Source of the DNA: Akkermansia muciniphila ATCC BAA-835
Lineage (GTDB): Bacteria > Verrucomicrobiota > Verrucomicrobiia > Verrucomicrobiales > Akkermansiaceae
Assembly (NCBI RefSeq): GCF_000020225.1
Contig: NC_010655.1
Span: 570,001 to 602,000 of the forward strand
Reading direction: 5' to 3'
Length of the DNA stretch: 32,000 bases
The notes under the pieces were generated by a model. It had not been told where the DNA came from. It saw only the letters and a program-made list of their open reading frames with translations, and did no database searches. The position numbers and the translations under genes were made by a program. This document shows, piece by piece, positions 23,652 to 32,000 of this stretch; positions within the stretch are counted from its first letter, which is position 1; each line of letters opens with the position of its first letter.

Positions 23652-24164
23652 ATGACCATGGGGAACGACCAATCCGGCGAACGCGACAGCTTCCGGAATA
23701 TTGAAACTTACGCTCGCATGAAAATGGATGAACTTGGTCTGGCAGACTGGCAATTCGGCTGGGACCGGGCCAAAAGAAGGCTGGGAGTGTGCCGTCTGCT
23801 GGAAAAAAGCATTACGATTTCCATTCACTTCGTCCGCGCCAACCTGGAGACCCCTCATGAAATCCGTGACACGATTCTGCATGAGATCGCCCACGCCCTG
23901 GCGTGGACCCGCCACGGAGAACGCACCCACGGACCGCGATGGAAACAAATTTGCAGAGAAATAGGGGCTGTCCCGTGTGCCTCCGCCAAACCGGACGCCA
24001 TCCGCGTCACCACGTACAAATATCTCCTGCGTCTGAAAACGACGGGAGAAATCGTCGGCAAATACCACCGCCGCCCCTCTTTCGCCAAATACCTCAAGCG
24101 CATGGCCCTGAAAGGCCGCCCCGATACGCTGGGCCAGCTGGAACTGGCGCCTTATGAAGAATAA
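23652..24164 (+). CDS. SprT-like zinc metalloprotease domain protein
   Basis: ...WQFGWDRAKRRLGVCRLLEKSITISIHF... followed by an HExxH site (ILHEIAHALAW) and HGPRWKQICREIG. The start is uncertain (ATGs at 23652, 23658, 23718). The track ORF from 23466 is probably too long. Confidence 0.65.
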   Translation: MTMGNDQSGERDSFRNIETYARMKMDELGLADWQFGWDRAKRRLGVCRLLEKSITISIHFVRANLETPHEIRDTILHEIAHALAWTRHGERTHGPRWKQICREIGAVPCASAKPDAIRVTTYKYLLRLKTTGEIVGKYHRRPSFAKYLKRMALKGRPDTLGQLELAPYEE

Positions 24165-24179
24165 TCTCCACAAAAGCTG

Positions 24180-24201
24180 AAAAAACGAGCCGTTTCCGGC
24201 T
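24180..24201 (-). terminator. Candidate terminator of the atp operon
   Basis: On the minus strand AGCCG-gaaa-CGGCT (24188-24201) is followed by a T6 run (A6 on the + strand, 24180-24185). It lies about 45 nt downstream of the last gene. The stem is short. Confidence 0.45.
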
Positions 24202-24246
24202 ATTCTCCAGCATCAACGATCATCCCATTCCGGGCATTTCCATTTT

Positions 24247-24810
24247 TTACGTCTGCTCATTATCCGGAACAGCAGAGGAAACACTCAAGGTGCGCTGGCG
24301 TACGTAATCGTACACCTTCGGGTCGCTGTCTCCGGCTGCCCAGACCACCCGCAGGAAGTCGGCGGGATGAATATTTCCGTGATCCCGGAAGAAACGGCGG
24401 TCATTCTCACAGCAGTAAATGATGTCATCCCCCATGGAACCGACGAGCTTGGCCCGCGCCTTGGCAATCAGGCGCGGAAGGTAGGGGAGACCGCAGAGTT
24501 CGTCGCCGAACCCCGGCAAATCATACCCGATCACAGGTTTCCCCTGGTAAAACTGCCCGTGCTGGACGGTCAGGAAGAAGTCCCGGCGCGCCGCAGCCAT
24601 CAGCAGAACCGTGGTGGGGGAAGGTTCTCCCGTACGGGCATAGGTTTCTACAAAATCAAACAATTCCCGAGTGCGGCAGCCGATGGAAGACAGAAAGATA
24701 ATTTCCTGGTCCGTAAAGAAACCGTCCACATTCCTGTGGCCTTCATGGTAGCGCCCCACCGCTTCGCGGAAAAGGTCGTAAAACGTATCGTTCCAATCTT
24801 CTTCCATCAT
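24247..24810 (-). CDS. Uncharacterised protein with a DUF5069-like C-terminal half, translationally coupled to atpC
   Basis: 187 aa. ...GLPYLPRLIAKARAKLVGSMGDDIIYCCENDRRFFRDHGIHPADF-like segment resembles DUF5069 (from memory). The start ATG overlaps the atpC stop in ATGA (24807-24810). Confidence 0.65.
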   Translation of the reverse strand: MMEEDWNDTFYDLFREAVGRYHEGHRNVDGFFTDQEIIFLSSIGCRTRELFDFVETYARTGEPSPTTVLLMAAARRDFFLTVQHGQFYQGKPVIGYDLPGFGDELCGLPYLPRLIAKARAKLVGSMGDDIIYCCENDRRFFRDHGNIHPADFLRVVWAAGDSDPKVYDYVRQRTLSVSSAVPDNEQT

Positions 24811-25229
24811 CGGCCCGGCGATTTATGTTTGCGCTTGAAGTTAAGCATCATGATCTGCTTGGTCAGATTGGCTTCAAAGCGGGCCTGTTCCTCGCGGGAC
24901 ATTTCCGAACGCGTCTTGAGCACCTCCTGCGCTTCCTGAATGGCCCGTTCCACGCTGCCTTCATCAATCTGGGAGGAATTAAGCGCGAGGTCGGTTACCA
25001 TGAGAACATGGTCGTCATTGACCTGCACAAAGCCGGTGCCCACCACCATGCTTTCCTCCGGGCCGTCCATGGGCTTGTAGCGGAGTTCCCCTGGTTCCAG
25101 GGAGGTAATCAGGGCCGTATGGTGTTCCAGCACGCCCATCTCCCCGAGACTGCCGGGCAGATAAACGTATTCTACAGTAGCGGCAACCGCCACTTCATCC
25201 GGGGTAATGACTTTGAACTCCATGCTCAT
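24807..25229 (-). CDS. atpC: F1 ATP synthase epsilon subunit
   Basis: 140 aa with an N-terminal beta-sandwich pattern (FKVITPDEVAVAATVEYVYLPGSLGEMGVLEHHTALITSLEPGELRY) and a helical C-terminus. It follows atpD. Confidence 0.9.
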   Translation of the reverse strand: MSMEFKVITPDEVAVAATVEYVYLPGSLGEMGVLEHHTALITSLEPGELRYKPMDGPEESMVVGTGFVQVNDDHVLMVTDLALNSSQIDEGSVERAIQEAQEVLKTRSEMSREEQARFEANLTKQIMMLNFKRKHKSPGR

Positions 25230-25252
25230 GGTTCGGGACGGCGGGAAAAGGG

Positions 25253-27621
<2,369 letters not shown>

Positions 27622-27642
27622 GTGTCAGTACTCCCGTAATCG

Positions 27643-29175
27643 TTAGTTCCAGCTGAGCTTGAAGGATTCGATAGCGGCTTTAAGCCCTGCGTCTATTTCC
27701 GGCGTCAGGTCTTTTTTCTTCAGAATGCTTTCCAGCAGATCCGGATGCTGATCCTGCATCACCGCTTCCCACGCATTCTGGCATTCCTTGATCCTGTCCA
27801 CCGGAACGTCGTCAAAGTACCCTTTTTGCATGGCATACAAGTCAGCGGCCTCCAGACCCAGGGATTTGGGCTCATACTGGTTCTGCTTAAAGAGCTCCAC
27901 GATGCGCTGGCCGCGGGCCAGCTTGGCCTTCGTGCTGGGGTCCAGATCAGACCCGAACTGGGCGAACGCCTGCAATTCCGTAAATTGGGCCAGATCCAGC
28001 TTAATGGAGCCGGCCAGCTTCTTGATAATTTTCGTCTGGGCGGAGGAACCCACACGGGAGACGGAAATACCCACGTTGATGGCTGGGCGCACCCCCTGGT
28101 AAAACAGGTCCGTTTCCAGGAATATCTGGCCGTCCGTGATGGAAATGACGTTCGTGGGAATGTAGGCGGAAACGTCGCCTGCCTGCGTTTCAATAATGGG
28201 AAGAGCCGTCAGGGAACCGCCGCCGTGTTCCTTGTTGATGCGCGCGGCGCGTTCCAGCAGGCGGCTGTGCAGGTAGAATACGTCCCCCGGGTACGCCTCG
28301 CGGCCGGAGGGGCGGCGCAGAATCAGGGAAATCTGGCGGTAGGCCACGGCATGCTTGGAAAGGTCGTCATAAACGATAAGGGCGTCTTCCCCCTTGTCCA
28401 TAAAGTATTCCCCCATCGCACAGCCGGCGTAGGGCGCCAGGTACAGCATGGCGGCAGGATCGGAGGCGGAAGCCGCCACGACGATGGAATATTTCATGGC
28501 TCCCGTTTCCTCCAGTTTCGCCACCAGGCGGCTGATGTTGGCGCGCTTCTGGCCGATAGCCACGTAAATATTGTAGAGAGGCTGGTGATCAGGAAGCTTG
28601 CCTTCCTCCGCCAGACGGTTCTGTTCCGCCTGGGCAATCATGGTATCCATGGCAATGGCGGTCTTCCCGGTGGCACGGTCCCCGATGATGAGTTCGCGCT
28701 GGCCGCGGCCAATGGGAATCATGGCGTCAATGGGAAGGATGCCGGTCTGGACGGGCACGGAAACGGATTGGCGGGAGATGATGCCGGAGGCGATTTTTTC
28801 CACCGGGTAATACGCTTCCGCCTCAATCGGCCCTTTGCCGTCAATAGGTTCTCCCAGCGTGTTCACCACCCGGCCCAGCAGGGAGCGGCCCACGGGCACG
28901 GAAAGAAGGCGTCCGGAACACTTGACCAGATCCCCTTCCTTCAACTTGGAATCATCCCCCAGAATCACGGCGCCAACCTCATGTTCTTCTAGGTTCATCG
29001 CCAGCCCCATCACCCCGCCGGGGAACTCTATCATTTCATTGAGCATGACGCCGCTCAGCCCTTCGATCTTGGCGACGCCGTCCCCCACGGAACGAATGAC
29101 GCCCACGTTTTCCTGACTGACGGAAGCCGTGGCTTTTTTTATTTCTGCTTCGAGTTCTTGAAGTATGTTGCTCAT
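27643..29175 (-). CDS. atpA: F1 ATP synthase alpha subunit
   Basis: Walker [17 protein letters not shown], plus ...[42 protein letters not shown]. 510 aa. Confidence 0.97.
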   Translation of the reverse strand: MSNILQELEAEIKKATASVSQENVGVIRSVGDGVAKIEGLSGVMLNEMIEFPGGVMGLAMNLEEHEVGAVILGDDSKLKEGDLVKCSGRLLSVPVGRSLLGRVVNTLGEPIDGKGPIEAEAYYPVEKIASGIISRQSVSVPVQTGILPIDAMIPIGRGQRELIIGDRATGKTAIAMDTMIAQAEQNRLAEEGKLPDHQPLYNIYVAIGQKRANISRLVAKLEETGAMKYSIVVAASASDPAAMLYLAPYAGCAMGEYFMDKGEDALIVYDDLSKHAVAYRQISLILRRPSGREAYPGDVFYLHSRLLERAARINKEHGGGSLTALPIIETQAGDVSAYIPTNVISITDGQIFLETDLFYQGVRPAINVGISVSRVGSSAQTKIIKKLAGSIKLDLAQFTELQAFAQFGSDLDPSTKAKLARGQRIVELFKQNQYEPKSLGLEAADLYAMQKGYFDDVPVDRIKECQNAWEAVMQDQHPDLLESILKKKDLTPEIDAGLKAAIESFKLSWN

Positions 29176-29191
29176 GGGAAAAATTCGTTGG

Positions 29192-29599
29192 TTAATTGGA
29201 AAGGGTGCGGGCCATCGCAGCCAGACGGTCGATTCTGGAACGCACGGAACCGTCCTTCACGTCGTCCCCTACCTGGATGCGGACACCCGCCAGCAGAGAC
29301 GGTTCCACCTCCCAGCGGTAGTAGAGGACGCCGCCATATCTGGCCTCCAGTTTGGCCTGAATCAGGGAACGCTCCTCTTCCGTGAGGGGCACGGCGCTTT
29401 GAATAGTGGCTGTACGGCTTTTCACCGCATATCCCACCATGCCGGAAAAAGCCTTCAGCAGAGCGGCATAATTGCGGGGCTTGCGTTCCGCAATTTTCCG
29501 GGCGATCAGACGCACGCGGTCCTCCGCCACGGCATTCCCGTCCATACAGAGCCGGAACAGCCTGCGGGCGGCATTTTGCGTGTCCTTTCCGATCTTCAT
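29192..29599 (-). CDS. atpH: F1 ATP synthase delta (OSCP) subunit, unusually short
   Basis: It sits between atpF and atpA. The C-terminal pattern ...[30 protein letters not shown] is delta-like. It is only 135 aa, and no longer in-frame start is available. Confidence 0.75.
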   Translation of the reverse strand: MKIGKDTQNAARRLFRLCMDGNAVAEDRVRLIARKIAERKPRNYAALLKAFSGMVGYAVKSRTATIQSAVPLTEEERSLIQAKLEARYGGVLYYRWEVEPSLLAGVRIQVGDDVKDGSVRSRIDRLAAMARTLSN

Positions 29600-29606
29600 A
29601 AATATT

Positions 29607-30134
29607 TCAGGAATCTAGGCTGTCGATCGCTTCCCGGTTGATTCTCCGCTGGTCTTCTTCCGTCAGCATTTTTCCGGTAACCTGGGCCGCCGCCAGGGCC
29701 ACCAGCTGGCCAAATTGTTCTTTTAACGCTTCACGCTCTTTCTGCTGTTCCAGTTCCGCAAGCTGGCGGGCCTTTTTTATGATTTCCTCAGCCTTCCGGG
29801 AGGCTTCCGCTTCCTGTTCTTCCAACAGGCGGGCGGCGGCAGCCTTGGCGGCGTCTATTTTCTCCTGTCCCTTTTCCCCTGCTTCCACCAGCATTTCATG
29901 CGTCTGTTCCTTTACGGAAGCCAGCTGCCGCTCACTTTCCTCACGCATTTCCTCTCCTTCTTCAATACGCTGGCGCCTTTTTTCCAGAACATTCTGGATG
30001 GGTTTGAACGCCAGATAACGCAGGATCACCACCATCAGAATGAAAGCGATCAGGTTGGCAACAAAAGGTTCCCAACTCGTTACCCCAAAGGGAGCAAAAG
30101 GATTCCAGGCTTGGTCAGCTATGAGATTCAGCAT
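29607..30134 (-). CDS. atpF: Fo ATP synthase b subunit
   Basis: A single N-terminal TM (FVANLIAFILMVVILRYLAF), then KPIQNVLEKRRQRIEEG and a long charged coiled coil. 175 aa. Confidence 0.85.
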   Translation of the reverse strand: MLNLIADQAWNPFAPFGVTSWEPFVANLIAFILMVVILRYLAFKPIQNVLEKRRQRIEEGEEMREESERQLASVKEQTHEMLVEAGEKGQEKIDAAKAAAARLLEEQEAEASRKAEEIIKKARQLAELEQQKEREALKEQFGQLVALAAAQVTGKMLTEEDQRRINREAIDSLDS

Positions 30135-30194
30135 AAGATGAGCGGTTTGAACATGCCGGAAATTTTCCGAAACCGGCAGGGAACGGGCGCACCG

Positions 30195-30222
30195 CCCCGG
30201 AGCGGAGAAGCTCCCTCCGGGG
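30195..30222 (-). promoter_or_regulatory. Intercistronic stem-loop just downstream of atpE
   Basis: CCCCGGAG (30195-30202) pairs with CTCCGGGG (30215-30222), giving an 8-bp stem and a 12-nt loop. It lies in the 102-nt atpE-atpF spacer. Confidence 0.6.
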
Positions 30223-30236
30223 GCGAAACTTCCGTT

Positions 30237-30458
30237 TTATTTCACAAAGATGGAGATCAGGGCCACGCCTTCAATCAGGGCCGCCAGCGTGATGGCAATC
30301 ACCATAATGGGGGAGGAAGCTCCGGGGTTGCGTCCGGTGGCTTCCGCGGCTTTCGCGCCAATGAGGCCAATGCCGAGGCCGGCGCCGATGGTGACGAGGC
30401 CGAAACCTACGTTGCCGGACAGTTCGGCCAGGGAGGTCATTGCGATAGGATCAATCAT
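30237..30458 (-). CDS. atpE: Fo ATP synthase c subunit
   Basis: 73 aa from the internal ATG at 30458. It forms a two-helix hairpin with a glycine motif (GAGLGIGLIG) and a carboxylate in ALIEGVAL. The longer track ORF (to 30608) overlaps atpB and is rejected. Confidence 0.9.
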   Translation of the reverse strand: MIDPIAMTSLAELSGNVGFGLVTIGAGLGIGLIGAKAAEATGRNPGASSPIMVIAITLAALIEGVALISIFVK

Positions 30459-30540
30459 GTTATTGGTATGGTTTATGTTTTTTGTTGAACGTTCCCCCAC
30501 AGGTTGCCCATGGTCCGGAACGGAAAGCTGGCGGTACGGT

Positions 30541-31479
30541 TTATGAGGTTTTTCCAGGCGGCAGGCGGTCCGGCACGGGAAGTTCCTTCTCCTCATTTTT
30601 GGAAGCATGGCCGTGGGCGTTATCGTCCCCCACCTGAAGTTTCAGGAAAATCGCCGTCAGAAGCAGGAAAACCAGGGCCTGGATGAACCCCACCAGCAGT
30701 TCGATCGCCAGAAACGGCAGTACGCACAGGGAGCTGAGTACGGGCCCGAACATATGGGCCATGGTGTCAATAATCGTTTCCCCGGCGTAAATATTGCCGT
30801 AAAGACGAGCGGCCAGCGCAATGGGGCGAATCGTGATGCTCAGGACATCCACCAGTCCCACAAAAATGAAGATGAACACCAGCACGAATCCCATGAACCC
30901 CGGCAGTCTCCCCTTGGGGCCGAACAGGTGAATAAAGAAGCCTTTCAGCCCCTGCTCCCGGATAGACCAGTAAAGCCACATCAGCGCATAAAAAATACCC
31001 AGGAACATCGTCACGTTCATGTCCGCATTCGCGCCGCGGAACAGCGGCACCCCATGATAGGTGATGGTTCCCACCCCGGGAAGAAGCCCCATGTAATTGC
31101 TGACCAGAATAATGGTGAAAATAGTTCCGAAGTACCAGAAGTACTTGCGCGTCAGGCGCGGACCCAGAAGGGACTGGACAAAGTTGTACAGAGTTTCAAA
31201 AAAGTATTCCACCGCATTCTGTAAACGGGAAGGCAGGATGCGCATGGAGCGGGTGGCGGACCATACGACCACCCCTATCAAAAGAACCGCCAGAAAAAGC
31301 ATCAGCATCGAGTTGGACACCGGGAGCTCAATGCCTCCGGGCAGAGGTATGGAAAACAAATGGGGAGCGGCCTGTTCCAATCCGTGCTCCGCTCCTTCCT
31401 CCGCCGCACAGGCGCTGCCGCCCATAACGCCGGACACGGTCAATGCCGCCAACCACAGGAACTGGAAAAATCTGCTCAT
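30541..31479 (-). CDS. atpB: Fo ATP synthase a subunit
   Basis: Conserved Arg helix ITIRPIALAARLYGNIYAGE and multiple TM segments. The start is taken at the ATG at 31479 (MSRFFQFLWLAALTV...). There is a hydrophilic C-terminal tail. Confidence 0.9.
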   Translation of the reverse strand: MSRFFQFLWLAALTVSGVMGGSACAAEEGAEHGLEQAAPHLFSIPLPGGIELPVSNSMLMLFLAVLLIGVVVWSATRSMRILPSRLQNAVEYFFETLYNFVQSLLGPRLTRKYFWYFGTIFTIILVSNYMGLLPGVGTITYHGVPLFRGANADMNVTMFLGIFYALMWLYWSIREQGLKGFFIHLFGPKGRLPGFMGFVLVFIFIFVGLVDVLSITIRPIALAARLYGNIYAGETIIDTMAHMFGPVLSSLCVLPFLAIELLVGFIQALVFLLLTAIFLKLQVGDDNAHGHASKNEEKELPVPDRLPPGKTS

Positions 31480-31612
31480 TGTCTGTCTTTTACCATTACT
31501 CGTGCCAACTCCTGTAAATACTGGAAAAAGGAATCCATTCCCTTTATTTGACGGTTTTGATTGTGGACTCTCCTCTTTATTTTGGCAAGCCCAAAACTCG
31601 GCACGCACACAA

Positions 31613-31641
31613 ATTATATACATTTGTACATAATCTTGAAA
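31613..31641 (-). promoter_or_regulatory. Candidate atp operon promoter (minus strand TTTCAA-17 nt-TATAAT)
   Basis: A perfect TATAAT (rc of 31613-31618) and a weak -35 (rc of 31636-31641). The site is about 135 nt upstream of atpB. Confidence 0.3.
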
Positions 31642-31690
31642 GAAACCTGGATGCCCGTTACAACATCAACAAAATCTTTTCTCCATCAAC

Positions 31691-31721
31691 AAAAAAGCTT
31701 CCGGGAATCCATCCCGGAAGC
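31691..31721 (-). terminator. Rho-independent terminator of the upstream minus-strand gene
   Basis: GCTTCCGGGA (31697-31706) pairs with TCCCGGAAGC (31712-31721), a 10-bp perfect stem with a 5-nt loop. On the minus strand it is followed by TTTTTT (A6 at 31691-31696). Confidence 0.85.
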
Positions 31722-31744
31722 CTGCAGGCAGAACTGAAGGGCCG

Positions 31745-32000
31745 TTACTTGGCGGCGGAAATAATATGGATGTGGTACACGTCTCTGCCGTCCGCGGCCT
31801 TGCGCCCCGTGGCATGAATTCCCGTAACATCGGAAGTGATTACATCGAGGGTTTCCACAGCATTCCGAAGCTCCCTGCTGCTTTCCGCCGCGCTCTTCAG
31901 GGCGTCACGGACCGGAACCAGGTTAAGCTGAAATTCGAGAGGGGCTCCCTGTACCGGAGATTTCACGGATTCCCTGAGGACTTCCATACCGAAGGCCTTC
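31745..32000 (-). CDS. Hypothetical protein, C-terminal part (the 5' end may lie outside the window)
   Basis: The frame is open from the window edge to the stop at 31745 (...MEVLRESVKSPVQGAPLEFQLNLVPVRDALKSAAESS...DVYHIHIISAAK) and is followed by a strong terminator. I recognise no family. Confidence 0.5.
   Translation of the reverse strand, partial: KAFGMEVLRESVKSPVQGAPLEFQLNLVPVRDALKSAAESSRELRNAVETLDVITSDVTGIHATGRKAADGRDVYHIHIISAAK

Noticed and set aside
30459-30608. N-terminal extensions in the ORF track: atpE to 30608, atpB to 31623, wecE to 22277, GT2 to 20650, rplU from 3008, ArnE-like to 19450, SprT-like from 23466.
   Set aside because: The extensions are basic or low-complexity, overlap upstream genes or promoters, and precede internal ATGs that align with canonical family N-termini. 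I trimmed to the internal starts.

Overview
This is a chromosomal window of about 34 protein genes with no rRNA, tRNA, CRISPR array or recognisable transposase. The G+C-rich background is interrupted by a few visibly AT-richer patches. The gene content (secreted NPCBM glycosidase, Cys-type sulfatase, many genes without a strong Shine-Dalgarno) fits a mucin-degrading Verrucomicrobiota genome such as Akkermansia. That assignment is from memory and needs a database search. Left to right the window holds: a truncated secreted glycosidase (-); a lipoprotein plus alpha/beta hydrolase pair (+); tsaE (-); rplU-rpmA (+); a Fur-family regulator cotranscribed with sufCBD (+); a 752-aa YfhO-like polytopic membrane protein (-) in a lower-GC stretch; an unusually long (~0.8 kb) AT-rich intergenic region with repeated CGGATT/AATCCG motifs; a sulfatase (+); bioB-bioA (+); a one-gene low-GC islet (YdeI-like); a secreted hypothetical protein (+); a long minus-strand cluster (23475->17034); an SprT-like metalloprotease (+); and a complete F1Fo ATP synthase operon atpBEFHAGDC (-) with an extra DUF5069-like gene translationally coupled to atpC. 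The minus-strand cluster encodes an HGSNAT-like transmembrane acetyltransferase, a WecE-like aminotransferase, a PseH-like GNAT, an ArnC/GtrB-like GT2, an ArnF/ArnE-like pair of small membrane proteins and an orphan 600-aa polytopic membrane protein. It is the best candidate for an undescribed system. It has the logic of the Arn (lipid A aminoarabinose) and Gtr/CsbB-YfhO lipid-carrier glycosylation pathways, but its sugar-nucleotide module should make a dTDP-4-acetamido-4,6-dideoxyhexose. This predicts periplasmic decoration of an envelope glycan with that sugar. All functional calls rest on motif and family recognition by eye. No searches were run.
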